Assembly: GCA_041489255.1 (NCBI GenBank)
Contig: JBGPQV010000005.1
Location: forward strand, 64,001 to 128,000
Direction: 5' to 3'
DNA from: Thermoplasmata archaeon
Lineage (GTDB): Archaea; Thermoplasmatota; Thermoplasmata; RBG-16-68-12; JAFNFQ01
DNA: 64,000 nt
The position numbers and the translations under genes were made by a program. Shown in pieces: positions 1 through 10,050 of the stretch. Every line of letters begins with the position of its first letter. Positions within the stretch are counted from its first letter, which is position 1. The notes under the pieces were generated by a model. It was not told the origin of the DNA. It searched no databases and was given only the letters and a program-made list of their open reading frames with translations.

Positions 1-638
1 TCTTTGTCGTAGACGAGCGCGCCATCGACCAGAACGAGCAACCTATGTCCGAGGTCGTACCCCAATTCCGGGTCATGGGCGGTCAGCAGGACCGTCGCAC
101 CGTCGGCAATCGCCTGCGTCAGCAGTGATGAGACCTGCCCCCTCGCCTTGATGTCCAGACCCGAGAAAGGCTCGTCCAGCAGCAGAACCTTCGGACTCCC
201 TAGCATTGCCCTAGCGATCGAGAGCCTCTGCTTCATGCCGCGGGAGAAGGTCCCGACCCTGTCATTCCTCCGGTGGAGGAGGCCGAATCGGGAGAGCATC
301 TCGTCGATTACCGACTCCTCCGAGGGAACGCCAAGCAGATGCGAATAGAACGTCAGGTTCTCGGCTGCCGTGAGATCCTCGTACAGGAGGGTCTCGTGGA
401 GCGCAACGCCCACTAGCTTCCGCACCTCGACGGGATTATCGAGTACGCTGTGTCCCCCGATCACCGCATCGCCACTGCTTGGCCGCGAGAGCGTGCATAT
501 CAGCCTGAGCAGGGTGCTCTTGCCTGCCCCATTAGGTCCAAGGATCACGCAGAGCTGGCCCGGTTCGACATTCAGGTTCAAACCTCTGAGGGCAGGCTTG
601 CCGCCGTACCTCTTGCCCAGGTCGCGCAGAACCAGCAT
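1..638 (-). CDS. ABC transporter ATP-binding protein (CcmA/multidrug-type), runs off the window's left end
   Basis: Manual translation from ATG 638: MLVLRDLGKRYGG...GPNGAGKST (Walker A), FSRGMKQR (signature), LLLDEPF (Walker B), TAHD (H-loop). Not in the ORF track because it is truncated. Confidence 0.9.
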   Translation of the reverse strand, partial: MLVLRDLGKRYGGKPALRGLNLNVEPGQLCVILGPNGAGKSTLLRLICTLSRPSSGDAVIGGHSVLDNPVEVRKLVGVALHETLLYEDLTAAENLTFYSHLLGVPSEESVIDEMLSRFGLLHRRNDRVGTFSRGMKQRLSIARAMLGSPKVLLLDEPFSGLDIKARGQVSSLLTQAIADGATVLLTAHDPELGYDLGHRLLVLVDGALVYDK

Positions 639-664
639 GGTGCGGTGTGCAACTTTGAGGGCAG

Positions 665-670
665 TATAAA
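665..670 (-). promoter_or_regulatory. TATA box for the ABC ATPase gene
   Basis: TTTATA on the minus strand ~27-32 nt upstream of ATG 638, typical archaeal leaderless spacing. Confidence 0.55.
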
Positions 671-685
671 GCCTTTATTCGAAGA

Positions 686-931
686 TCATTGCTCCATCAT
701 GATGCGCTTGATGATAACATCCCGACCTTCCACGGTCTCAAGCACGAGTTCGGCATCCTTGAAATCCGTGTCGGCAACGAGGAGTTCGTACGCCTGCTTG
801 AGGCTCTCTGTCGAATAGCCGGAGGAGTTGCCCACGCTGAGCTCGATCAGAGTGACTTTGTTCGCTTCCTTTGCCTTCATCTCGGCAAGCGTCTTCTCGA
901 TGAGATCTTGGATCAACGCAAACTCGTGCAT
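686..931 (-). CDS. hypA: Hydrogenase nickel metallochaperone HypA, lacking the Zn-binding domain
   Basis: N-terminal MHE Ni motif, ...VTLIELSVG..SGY..ESLKQAYE...AELVLE, C-terminal GRDVIIKRI; no cysteines; last gene of a hydrogenase operon. Confidence 0.85.
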   Translation of the reverse strand: MHEFALIQDLIEKTLAEMKAKEANKVTLIELSVGNSSGYSTESLKQAYELLVADTDFKDAELVLETVEGRDVIIKRIMMEQ

Positions 932-1455
932 CGACTCGCCTCAGACTTCTCCTCTTGACTTTCGCTTCTTGGCGGTGCTCCTCGGATGGATTCCTGGGTC
1001 GTGCTGTAGCCCCATTGCGCAACGACTTTCATAACTTCTTGGACAAGAGCGGGGATTCCTCGGCGCACCTCTGCACTCACTCCCGCCCCGATAACCTGCG
1101 AGTCGCCTATCTGCATCGCGACGACGACCACGCGGCGGGGGATTGTCATTCCCGCGTGTCTCGCCAGCTCCAGAGCCTCAGGGAGTCCTAGGTAGTGGGC
1201 CGAAGGAACAATCCTGGGACCCATTTCCGACAGACTCAGCTGCACAACCTCTCCGGGTTTATCGCCGATGACGGAGTCCACGACTACGAGGTCGTCGAAT
1301 CCTTCGACTAGGTCGACGAGATACAGGCCGGAGAGAGCGCTCTTTGCGACCTTGGCTCCAGGGATTGACAGCCGCTCGAGAGCGTCTGCCGCCAGCAGGC
1401 CAACCCCATCGTCCCCCAGCAAGTCGTTTCCGAGAGCGAGGATCAGGAGGGACAT
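913..1455 (-). CDS. Hydrogenase maturation endopeptidase
   Basis: Start reassigned to ATG 1455; LGNDLLGDDGVG, VVVDS and SAH motifs; directly downstream of mvhA. Confidence 0.9.
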   Translation of the reverse strand: MSLLILALGNDLLGDDGVGLLAADALERLSIPGAKVAKSALSGLYLVDLVEGFDDLVVVDSVIGDKPGEVVQLSLSEMGPRIVPSAHYLGLPEALELARHAGMTIPRRVVVVAMQIGDSQVIGAGVSAEVRRGIPALVQEVMKVVAQWGYSTTQESIRGAPPRSESQEEKSEASRCTSLR

Positions 1456-2933
1456 GTCTCGCTCTGTCTCACGATCTCCTGCAGAAGCTTGCCGCGCAAG
1501 TCGAACACTTGCACCTTCAGTGGCATGCTCCCCGGCATGGAGTGAGTCGCGCAGGCATGGCAAGGGTCGTAGGCGCGGAAGGCCATCTCGATTTTGTTGA
1601 GTATTCCGTCATCGACCACCCCGCCCTTTATTGCGGAGCGAGCCGCCTTGTCCACCGACATCGCAATCCTAGCCGAGTTGTGTTGCGTCGCAACGAGGAG
1701 GTTGGCACTCGTGAGGATTCCTCTCTCATCGCTCTTGTAGTGGTGGATGAGAGTACCACGCGGGGCCTCCGTGACGCCCATGCCCTCGCTTGGCTTCTCC
1801 GTCGGCAAGTTCCTGATGTCGGTCCCTGTTATGTCCGGATCGTTGACCAGCTCCTTGAATCGCTCGGCCGCGTACACAATCTCGATTACCCTGGCCCAGT
1901 GGTTCGCCAGCGTGTGATGCACAGGCTTGGTGCCCAAGGTCTTGAAGAACTTCTCGTAGAGCTTCTGGGCATTCGGTGTCGCCATGCCGTCCGAGGCATT
2001 AAGTCTGGCTAGGGGTGCGACGCTGTAGATCCCGCTCTCGGGACCGTCAACGAAGCCGTGCCATCCCAGTCTCTTCAGGTACGGGAATTTGACGTACGTC
2101 CATGGCTCCGAATGCTCTGCAATGTGGCTCAGATAGTCCTGTACCCGGAATTTCTCAGTTTCCTTGCCGGACGGATCAACAACCCTGATCATTCCGTCGT
2201 AGAAGTTCACGTGGTTGTTCTTGTCCATGAGGCCCATGTAGCTGGTCTTATGAGTGTAGGCGTCGGAGACGATCATGTTCACGTAGTCCTTGTTGCTCAA
2301 CACCAGATCCTCGAGGACCTTCTCGCAAAAGAGAGCGAACTCCACGCCTCGGTCCGCCACTTTCGCGTATCGATCCCTGGCCTCCTCCGTCACGCCCTTC
2401 GCGACGCCGCCAGGCAGGCCAAATACCGGATGGATGACTTTGCCGCCCAACTCCTGGATGATGTTCCTCAGATCCTTCCTCATGAAAATGACCTTCTTCC
2501 CAACTTCCAGGCCAACCTTCTGAAGGACGCCGAGGATGTTTCTGTCCCCCTTGGGGGCAGTCGGGCCCACTATGAAGTCCGGCCCGCCGAGGAAGAACAG
2601 ATGCAGCGAGTGGTCCTCCAGTATGAAGACGCTGTAGAGCATCTCCCTGATCTTCTTGGCGGTCTTTGTGGGCTCGACCTTGAACAAGTCGTCCAGGGCC
2701 TTCGTAGCCGCCATGTGGTGGGCGGTTGGGCATACCCCGCATATCCTAGACGTAATCTGCGGAGCATCCTCAGCTTGGCGTCCAACCAGGAAGTTCTCGA
2801 AACCCCTCAGTTCGGGAATCTGGAAATAGGCCCTCGACACATCGCCACGGTCGTCCAGGAAAATGACGATCCTGCCGTGCCCTTCCAGTCTCGTTATGGG
2901 GTTTACGACTATTTGTTTGGTTGCACCGGTCAT
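1443..2933 (-). CDS. mvhA: F420-non-reducing [NiFe]-hydrogenase large subunit (group 3c)
   Basis: ITRLEGHG, L1 RICGVC, EAPRG, L2 DPCHACATH plus cleavable C-terminal tail; clustered with mvhG/mvhD/hdrA. Confidence 0.93.
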   Translation of the reverse strand: MTGATKQIVVNPITRLEGHGRIVIFLDDRGDVSRAYFQIPELRGFENFLVGRQAEDAPQITSRICGVCPTAHHMAATKALDDLFKVEPTKTAKKIREMLYSVFILEDHSLHLFFLGGPDFIVGPTAPKGDRNILGVLQKVGLEVGKKVIFMRKDLRNIIQELGGKVIHPVFGLPGGVAKGVTEEARDRYAKVADRGVEFALFCEKVLEDLVLSNKDYVNMIVSDAYTHKTSYMGLMDKNNHVNFYDGMIRVVDPSGKETEKFRVQDYLSHIAEHSEPWTYVKFPYLKRLGWHGFVDGPESGIYSVAPLARLNASDGMATPNAQKLYEKFFKTLGTKPVHHTLANHWARVIEIVYAAERFKELVNDPDITGTDIRNLPTEKPSEGMGVTEAPRGTLIHHYKSDERGILTSANLLVATQHNSARIAMSVDKAARSAIKGGVVDDGILNKIEMAFRAYDPCHACATHSMPGSMPLKVQVFDLRGKLLQEIVRQSETCPS

Positions 2934-3907
2934 TCTCGTTTCACCTCCAAGGTCCTTCTCATGAAAGAGGTTGGGAGTGAGTACCTGTAGAAGAGACCAA
3001 CAGGGTCGGGGACCTTCTCCAAGACCTTGGCGATGTCCTTCTCCTCGTTGAAGTCCACAATCGACGAGAGGAAAGCGACTCCCTTGGCCCCGTAGTCCTT
3101 GACCTCGTCAGTCGGACCGAAGCAGCCAGTGCAGGGCATGTTCCCGCCAATGCAGAGGGCCTCGCAGCCGCCACGGGTGACGGGCCCCAGGCACAGCACT
3201 CCCTGCGCCAGGAGGCACTTCTTCGGGTCAACCTGCACTTCGTGGACCCTCTTCAACTCCTTCAAGAGGAGCTTCTCTGGCTTGGACTCGTTGAGGTTGC
3301 ACTCGTGGCACAACGCCCGCGTCCCAGCCAGCACGGATCCGGGTGGCGGAAGCTTCCCGCTGAGCAGCGCCTGGACGGCATTCGCGAGGAGCTTCGGAGT
3401 CGGAGGGCATCCCGGGAGGTAGTAGTCCACCTTGATCACTTGATCGAGGGACTTGACCGTGTCCCAGAAAGACGGCAGCTCCAACATCCCCTCGGGCACC
3501 TCGACCTTCATTAGAGGCTCGCTGCCGTTCTGCCCTTGGACGGTGGGGCCCTTGTGGTAGTAGTAATCGAAGATTGAGTCTTTATCCCACAGGTTCGCCA
3601 GGCCGGGGATGCCACCCATGTGGGAGCAACTCCCGAAGGCTATGACGACCTGAGACTTCTTCCGGAGGAGCTTGGCCATCTCTTCCTGTTCGGAGAGCCT
3701 GACGGCACCGTTGATGAAGCTCACCGTTATGCTCCCGTCCTTCATGGCTTCCACGTCTTCCACCTTGAAGTCCAAGGCCACCGGCCAAAACACGATGTCC
3801 ACTGCGGCGACAACGTCCAGCACGGCCTCGGCGAGGTCAACAACCGCCTCCTCGCAGCCTCCGCAGGATGCGCACCAATAGAAAGCCACCTTCGGTTTCT
3901 TCGCCAT
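2930..3907 (-). CDS. mvhG: [NiFe]-hydrogenase small subunit
   Basis: CASCGGCE, GSC, PGCPP, CHEC, CLGPVTRGGC, PCTGC. Confidence 0.92.
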   Translation of the reverse strand: MAKKPKVAFYWCASCGGCEEAVVDLAEAVLDVVAAVDIVFWPVALDFKVEDVEAMKDGSITVSFINGAVRLSEQEEMAKLLRKKSQVVIAFGSCSHMGGIPGLANLWDKDSIFDYYYHKGPTVQGQNGSEPLMKVEVPEGMLELPSFWDTVKSLDQVIKVDYYLPGCPPTPKLLANAVQALLSGKLPPPGSVLAGTRALCHECNLNESKPEKLLLKELKRVHEVQVDPKKCLLAQGVLCLGPVTRGGCEALCIGGNMPCTGCFGPTDEVKDYGAKGVAFLSSIVDFNEEKDIAKVLEKVPDPVGLFYRYSLPTSFMRRTLEVKRE

Positions 3908-4330
3908 CTACTTGCCCCCGTTCTCTTTGACAGGTCCCAGTTTCCTTACATGCTCTGTCATTTCCTCTACCGCTCGTCTGAACTTCTCCGGCTCCGATGC
4001 AGAAATCCACTCCAGGCGGAGCCGCTCATCCTCGAAGCCTAGCTGCGAAAGCATCTTCTTCAGGAGGAGGTACCGCCTGAGGGTCTTGTAGTTGCCCTCA
4101 TTGTAGTGGCAATCCCTTGGATGGCAACCACAGATCATCACGCCGTCGGCCCCTTTCTCGAACGCGGACATGACGAACTGGGGATCCACCCGCCCGGAAC
4201 ACATCAGCCTGATGAGCCGGACATTGGGTGAGTACCTGGCCCGGGCCGTCCCGGCAGCGTCAGCGGCAATGTAGGTACACCAGTTGCACACGAAGGCCAC
4301 AATCCTCGGCTCGAACCGCTCTGACGTCAT
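3908..4330 (-). CDS. mvhD: [2Fe-2S] hydrogenase subunit D
   Basis: FVCNWCTY, CSGRVD, GCHPRDCHY, WISASE. Confidence 0.95.
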   Translation of the reverse strand: MTSERFEPRIVAFVCNWCTYIAADAAGTARARYSPNVRLIRLMCSGRVDPQFVMSAFEKGADGVMICGCHPRDCHYNEGNYKTLRRYLLLKKMLSQLGFEDERLRLEWISASEPEKFRRAVEEMTEHVRKLGPVKENGGK

Positions 4331-6312
4331 ATTGTCAACACCCCCGAGATCTCGGCCATGATCTGGTCATACTCGAACAGCTTCTGACGCGCCGCTCCGC
4401 TCGGGCAGGCCGCGACACACACGCCACAGCCCTTGCAGAGGACGTCGTTGATGACCGCCACCTTTTTCTCCTTGACCAAGGCGATTGCCGTGTATGGGCA
4501 AAGCGCGATGCAGACTTGACAGCCCGAGCACAGCTCCTCCTCGATGTAGGCGAGGTTGGGCTCCAGAGTGAGGAAGCCCTTGGAAGTTAAGGATATGGCC
4601 CCTGCTGCGGCTGCCTCGCCTTGGGCCACCGACTCCGGGATGTCCTTCGGGCCCTGACAGGTGCCTGCTATGTAGATTCCCTCGGTGATCGTGGCGACTG
4701 GCGCAAGCTTTGGGTGCTTCTCCATGAAAAAGCCTTCGCTGCTGCACGCCATGTTCAGCAGGCGCCGGACATCCTCCTTGTCCGGCTGGGGCTCCAGTCC
4801 CACACTGAGTATCACCATGTCCACAGGAATGCGCCTAATCGTCCCCAACAAGGTGTCCTCCGCGACGATTACTAGCTTCTCCCCTTCCTCCGTCGACTCG
4901 GCAACTTCAGTCACCTCTGCCACCTTGCCGCGTATGAAGTTGACACCCTCTCCAAGAAGTCGCTGATAGAACTCCTCGTATGATTTGCCAGGAGTGCGTA
5001 TGTCAATGTAGAAGTTGTAGACATCCGCACCCGTTCTTTCCTTCACAAGATGAGCCATCTTCAGAGAGTACATGCAGCACACCTTGGAACAGTACGTGTT
5101 GTAGTTCTCGTCCCTGGAGCCGACGCAGTGGATGATGCCAACGGCCTTGGGCTTCCGTCCGTTCCGATTGACAACTTCACCACCCGTGGGTCCGCTTGGG
5201 GAAAACATCCTCTCCATCTCCAGAGCATTGTACACCTCAGGGTACTTCCCATAGCCGTAGTTGCTCATCTTTGAGGCATCGAATATCTTATGGCCGGTTG
5301 CGACGATGATTGTTCCCACATCTAACTCCACTATCTGCTCCTTCTGATCGAAGTCGATTGCGTTCCTGTCTCCGCAGGCTGCCACACAGGTCTTCTTGCA
5401 GTTGTGCGTCTTGAACTCGATGCAAGTGTTTGGATCGATAGTGGCTACCTGAGGGATTGCCTGAGGGAACGGGATGTAGATGGGCTTCCTCTTCCCTAGG
5501 CCCAAGTCGAACTCGCTTGGGAACCTGGCTTCCTTGTAGACGCAATTCTCGATGCACTCATAGCAGCCAACGCATTTCTCTTCGTCGACGTACCTGGGCC
5601 TGCGTCTGACAGTAACCTTGAAGTTGCCAACATATCCGTCGACCTTAGTCACGTCGGAATAGGAGAGCAGCTTGATGTTGTGGCGGTTCTTCACTGTGGT
5701 CATTTTCGGAGTGAGGATGCAGGCCGAGCAGTCCAGAGTCGGGAAGGTCTTGTCGAACTTCGCCATGTGACCTCCTATTGATGGCTCTTTCTCCACCAGA
5801 TAGACCTGTTTGCCTGCATCTGATGCCGTGAGCGCAGCTTGGATGCCAGCAATGCCCCCGCCAATGATCAGAATCTCGTCTCTGACTGGAACTTTGCGAC
5901 GCTCCAGCGGGGTATGGTGGACAATCCTCGCCACGCCAGCGGCCACCAGCGCCTTCGCTTTCTCGGTCGCTTCGTGCTTGTCGCTTGTCACCCACGATGC
6001 TTGCTCGCGAATGTTCACCATATGGGAAAGGAAGGGATTGCCTCCAGCTTCTTCCACAGCGGTGCGGAACGTGGCCTCGTGGAGATGCGGCGAACAAGAA
6101 GCCACCACGATCCGATTCAGGCCAAGTTCGCGGACATCTTTCTTGATCATATCCTGGCCCGGGCTGGAACACATATACTTGTACTCTCTAGCCACCGCAA
6201 CTCCCCTGAGTCCTTTCGCGAACTCGACCACTTCTGGGACGTTGACGACGCCAGCTATGTTCGTACCACAATCACAGACGTAGACACCTATCTTGATTTC
6301 CTGCTCTGTCAT
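4327..6312 (-). CDS. hdrA: Heterodisulfide reductase subunit A (bifurcating flavoprotein)
   Basis: Start ATG 6312 (overlaps upstream stop); IGVYVCDCGTNI, GGGIAG, KTFPTLDCSACI, CVGSRD, CSKVCC, ferredoxin CxxCxxC motifs, GPKDIP. Confidence 0.95.
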   Translation of the reverse strand: MTEQEIKIGVYVCDCGTNIAGVVNVPEVVEFAKGLRGVAVAREYKYMCSSPGQDMIKKDVRELGLNRIVVASCSPHLHEATFRTAVEEAGGNPFLSHMVNIREQASWVTSDKHEATEKAKALVAAGVARIVHHTPLERRKVPVRDEILIIGGGIAGIQAALTASDAGKQVYLVEKEPSIGGHMAKFDKTFPTLDCSACILTPKMTTVKNRHNIKLLSYSDVTKVDGYVGNFKVTVRRRPRYVDEEKCVGCYECIENCVYKEARFPSEFDLGLGKRKPIYIPFPQAIPQVATIDPNTCIEFKTHNCKKTCVAACGDRNAIDFDQKEQIVELDVGTIIVATGHKIFDASKMSNYGYGKYPEVYNALEMERMFSPSGPTGGEVVNRNGRKPKAVGIIHCVGSRDENYNTYCSKVCCMYSLKMAHLVKERTGADVYNFYIDIRTPGKSYEEFYQRLLGEGVNFIRGKVAEVTEVAESTEEGEKLVIVAEDTLLGTIRRIPVDMVILSVGLEPQPDKEDVRRLLNMACSSEGFFMEKHPKLAPVATITEGIYIAGTCQGPKDIPESVAQGEAAAAGAISLTSKGFLTLEPNLAYIEEELCSGCQVCIALCPYTAIALVKEKKVAVINDVLCKGCGVCVAACPSGAARQKLFEYDQIMAEISGVLTI

Positions 6313-8300
6313 AATGCCTCCTCCACTAACTCTATTAGGTCCTTGATATGGAGGGTATTCTCCAATCCAGCGGCTTTCACCGCGTCCGTAAACATCACAT
6401 AGTCTTTGGGGCAAGCCACAATAAGTGTGTTCACACCCGGGAGGCCTGCCGCTTCCTTGACTCTTATCTCAGCCGGTCGCTCCTTTTCACCAGGGATTTC
6501 TTCCATCCAGATTCTCCCGCCACCGGCACCGCAGCAGAAGCTCTTCGTCTTGTTTCGGGGCATCTCCACCAAGTCAACACCCAGAGCCTTCAGGACGTTC
6601 CTGGGAGCCTGGTAAATCCCGTTGTAGCGTCCTAGGTAGCACGGGTCGTGGTATGTGACTTTATACCCGAGTTTTCGAGAGAGCTTCAAGCGACCACTTT
6701 GCATGAGTTCATCCAGAAGCTCTGTATAGTGGAGTACTCTCCCCCCGTTGACGCGCGGATATTCGTTCTTCAGAGTGTTGTAGGTATGGGGATCTGTTGT
6801 GACGATGTCATGGAAGTTGCTGCCTTTGATAGTCTCCAGGTTTTCGTCTCGCAGCTTCCCGAAGAGGCCCTCCTCCCCGGCTCTCCGAACGTCATTCCCC
6901 GCATTCCGTTCTCCCTCATACATGATTCCGTAGTCGACGCCCAGCCGTGAAAGCACGTTGGCGGTCTTGACGGATAGTTCCTGGCATCGGGCATCGTAGG
7001 ACGCGTAGTCCCCCACGAACCAGAGCTTGTCCGTCAGCTCTTTTCTCGTATCCTTGATGGGCGGTGTGATTTTCCGGGTCCACTTGGTTCGGGCCTTGGG
7101 GGTGCCCTTGAACGAGTTCCCGTACCGGTCAAGGCTCTCCAAGGCTCTTTGGAGGCCCGCGTCAACATTGCCCTTCGACACAAGGTGTCGCCGCATCTCC
7201 AGGATCTTGGAAAGATGATCGTTGAACACGGGGCAACCGTCAACACAGGACAGGCAGGTCATGCACGCCCACGTGGCTTCGGGGCTCTGGACTGAGATGA
7301 ACAAGTCTTGGGCAACCGGCACGCCGCCGTCCGCGGGCAACCTTGTCGGCTCTGCCAATGGCCCGGCTTTCCCGAGTGATGCGTCTCTCAACCGAGTCAT
7401 AAGGTGCATGGGATCTAGGGAGGTGCCGCTGATGTTGGAGGGGCAATTGTCCGTGCACCGACCGCACTCCGTGCAAGCGAAGCCGTTCAGGAGGGAAATC
7501 CATGATAGATCGAAGACCGACCGGGCTCCTGGAGAGTCGGCCTTTTCGGGCGGCACAGGGCTCATTGTCCCTAGCGGTTCGGGCCTCCTGAAGAAGATGT
7601 TGAGAACCGCGAAGATGAGGTGGGAGTGTTTTGTGTACGGGAACCAAGCCAAGAACACGAAGAGGGCCGCCAAATGGAGCCACCGCATCGAGAACTCCAG
7701 TCCCGGAGCATTCCCTGCAAGACCCGTCCAGTTCAGGCCGCTAGCTATGAAGGAACTCACGGGCCTCCATGACCCCAATGCAGTTGCCTCGTCCTCGATG
7801 ATCTTGGCCGAGTTGAGGAACAGGAAGGAGACTAGGATGGTCAGGATGAAAAGGAGCATCACGATGGCCGCGCGGTTGCCCTCATGCATCAATCGTTTTG
7901 GCTTAGAGATGGTGCGGCGATATATGGCCATACCCACGCCGACGATGCCCAGGGCCGACACCAAGTCTTGTCCCAAATACAGCGGACCGTTGAGAGGTCC
8001 GAATGGTAGCACGTAGCCCTCTATGTATCCCTCGGCGACTATCTCCGCCACGCTGAAGAAGAGAAACACGAAGGCCCAGAAGATGAAGGCATGAAGAAAC
8101 CCAGAGGACTTCTCCCTGTACACCTTCCGCTGGAAGATGCCATACACAATGACATTCCATATCCTCTGCCCTAGGTGGTCTGTCCATTTCTCTTTGGTTC
8201 CCTTCCTTACGGCGCGAATGATCTGGTACAGCCTGAAGAAGAAGAAGGCAAGACTGGCGCCTATCAGTGCAGTGAGTACGATTTGCCCCTCTAGATTCAT
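6309..8300 (-). CDS. Membrane-bound Fe-S/CCG oxidoreductase (EMO/HdrF/FadF-like: cytochrome b-like N-terminus + HdrD-like domain)
   Basis: About 6 TM helices with His residues (FLHAF, WLHL, KHSHL), two CxxCxxCxxxCP clusters, YHDPCYLGR and CCGAGGG; follows etfA. Confidence 0.88.
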   Translation of the reverse strand: MNLEGQIVLTALIGASLAFFFFRLYQIIRAVRKGTKEKWTDHLGQRIWNVIVYGIFQRKVYREKSSGFLHAFIFWAFVFLFFSVAEIVAEGYIEGYVLPFGPLNGPLYLGQDLVSALGIVGVGMAIYRRTISKPKRLMHEGNRAAIVMLLFILTILVSFLFLNSAKIIEDEATALGSWRPVSSFIASGLNWTGLAGNAPGLEFSMRWLHLAALFVFLAWFPYTKHSHLIFAVLNIFFRRPEPLGTMSPVPPEKADSPGARSVFDLSWISLLNGFACTECGRCTDNCPSNISGTSLDPMHLMTRLRDASLGKAGPLAEPTRLPADGGVPVAQDLFISVQSPEATWACMTCLSCVDGCPVFNDHLSKILEMRRHLVSKGNVDAGLQRALESLDRYGNSFKGTPKARTKWTRKITPPIKDTRKELTDKLWFVGDYASYDARCQELSVKTANVLSRLGVDYGIMYEGERNAGNDVRRAGEEGLFGKLRDENLETIKGSNFHDIVTTDPHTYNTLKNEYPRVNGGRVLHYTELLDELMQSGRLKLSRKLGYKVTYHDPCYLGRYNGIYQAPRNVLKALGVDLVEMPRNKTKSFCCGAGGGRIWMEEIPGEKERPAEIRVKEAAGLPGVNTLIVACPKDYVMFTDAVKAAGLENTLHIKDLIELVEEAL

Positions 8301-9283
8301 GCCCCACCTTTAGATTCCTTGATCTTCTCCGTGAGAACTGGAACCAAGTCCTGGACGTCCAGCGTCGTACCATAGTGGGCGACCTCAAAGATGGGGGCAT
8401 CCGGATCGGTGTTGACAGCGACTATCAGCTCCGAGTCCTTCATGCCCTCGACATGCTCAGGGGCGCCACTGATTCCCAAGGCCAGGTAGAGGCGCGGCTT
8501 CACGATTGCGCCAGACCTACCCACCTGTCGCGTTCTGGGAAGCCATCCTTGGTCTACCACAGGCCTCGTGCCGCACACGGCACCACCTAGGAGTTCGGCC
8601 AGTTCGGTCAGGGCCTTCACGTTATCAGCTCCCTGAACTCCGCGCCCAGCGCCAACAAGAACGGGGACTTTCGTCAGATCGACGTCTGCTGCATCAGGTT
8701 CGACAAGTTCCCGGAACTGGATTCGAAGGCCAGTCAAAGGCACAGGGGAGTCCCGAATCTCAACCTCTGGGACCACATTCTTCGTACCTCCTTCCTTAGG
8801 GTAGCTTCCAGACATCAGGACGCAGAGAACCATCCCCTGCTCCACTTCGCTTCGAGCTGTGAGCTTGCCGCCGTACAGCTTGCTTGTGACCAGCACCTTA
8901 CCACCGTCGAGTTCAATTCGTGTACAGTTGCCAACTGTGGTGGCACCCAAGGCGACGGAGAGGGATCCTGCGAGATCCATCCCTATGCTCGTGCTCCCCA
9001 TGAGAACGAGTCTCGGAGACAAATCCTTCAGCAGGTGGCTCAGCACCTTGGTGTAGGCCTCCGGGTTGAACGCGCCCAAAATCGGATCCTTCACAATGAT
9101 TGTTTTGTTCGAAGCGAATGGCAACGCTTTGAATGGTCCAGGGTCGCTCGTCAGGACTACGCAGATTAACCCGGACCCGGAAGCATCAGCAAGCTCCCGG
9201 CCGCAGGCCAACATCTCCAAAGTGATGTCCGCCAACTCGCCTCTTAGGTGCTCCGCCACGACTACGATGCCGCCGGGACTCAT
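8297..9283 (-). CDS. etfA: Electron transfer flavoprotein alpha subunit (copy 1)
   Basis: GAGRG, TRPVVDQGW, QVGRSG, LYLALGISGAPEHVEGM, AVNTDPDAPIF. Confidence 0.95.
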   Translation of the reverse strand: MSPGGIVVVAEHLRGELADITLEMLACGRELADASGSGLICVVLTSDPGPFKALPFASNKTIIVKDPILGAFNPEAYTKVLSHLLKDLSPRLVLMGSTSIGMDLAGSLSVALGATTVGNCTRIELDGGKVLVTSKLYGGKLTARSEVEQGMVLCVLMSGSYPKEGGTKNVVPEVEIRDSPVPLTGLRIQFRELVEPDAADVDLTKVPVLVGAGRGVQGADNVKALTELAELLGGAVCGTRPVVDQGWLPRTRQVGRSGAIVKPRLYLALGISGAPEHVEGMKDSELIVAVNTDPDAPIFEVAHYGTTLDVQDLVPVLTEKIKESKGGA

Positions 9284-10047
9284 AGCAGTCCACGCTCCTT
9301 CAAGAGACCGGCAATCCCGGCTGCGACCTTCGCCTCATCGCCTTCTAGCATCTTTGCCCTGGCACCAGCCTCAGGCTTCTGCAGCTGGGTGATGTGGACT
9401 CCCGCCACACCTGGCACGGGCGTCTTCAATTCCTTGACTTGCAGCGTCTTCTTGGCCTGCATCACCTTGCTCACGGGCACGTATCTGGGCGGTTGCTCTG
9501 AAGACTGTATTCCTAGGACAGCAGGAGAAGTGACGTCCATCACACCGATGCGACCGCCGGGGTACTCCTTCTTGACTGTGGCTTTCCCGCCACCGGGAGG
9601 CATGTCGACGCCCACAAGGCCACCCACATATGGCATTGAGAGGTGGGAGGCCAGAAGGCCACCGAGGCTACCATCCACCTGATCGGCCGCCTGCATACCG
9701 GAGAGGATGAGGTCGAATCCCCCATCTCGCAGAAGGGAGGCCAGGTGCATGGCCAGCTTGTGGTTGTCTCCGCGGTCCTTGAATTCCAATGGGACGTAGA
9801 CGGCTTCATCGGCTCCCTTGGCCACAGACGTGGCCAGAGCGTCCCGCGCCTCGCTCCCTCCGATGCCGTAGGCGGCAACATGGGCGCCATGACGCCCCTT
9901 CAGGATGAGGGCCTGCTCCAGAGCGTGATCATCCAGCTCGTTTGTGATGTACATCACATCGTCTTCGGACAGGCTCCGTCCATCCTCGGCTATCACGAGC
10001 TCTTCCACCACGTCTGGAACCTGGCGGATGATTACCGCCACCTTCAT
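9280..10047 (-). CDS. etfB: Electron transfer flavoprotein beta subunit (copy 1)
   Basis: MKVAVIIRQVPD, NELDDHALEQAL, GADEA, DLILSGMQAAD, PRY. Confidence 0.93.
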   Translation of the reverse strand: MKVAVIIRQVPDVVEELVIAEDGRSLSEDDVMYITNELDDHALEQALILKGRHGAHVAAYGIGGSEARDALATSVAKGADEAVYVPLEFKDRGDNHKLAMHLASLLRDGGFDLILSGMQAADQVDGSLGGLLASHLSMPYVGGLVGVDMPPGGGKATVKKEYPGGRIGVMDVTSPAVLGIQSSEQPPRYVPVSKVMQAKKTLQVKELKTPVPGVAGVHITQLQKPEAGARAKMLEGDEAKVAAGIAGLLKERGLL

Positions 10048-10050
10048 TCC

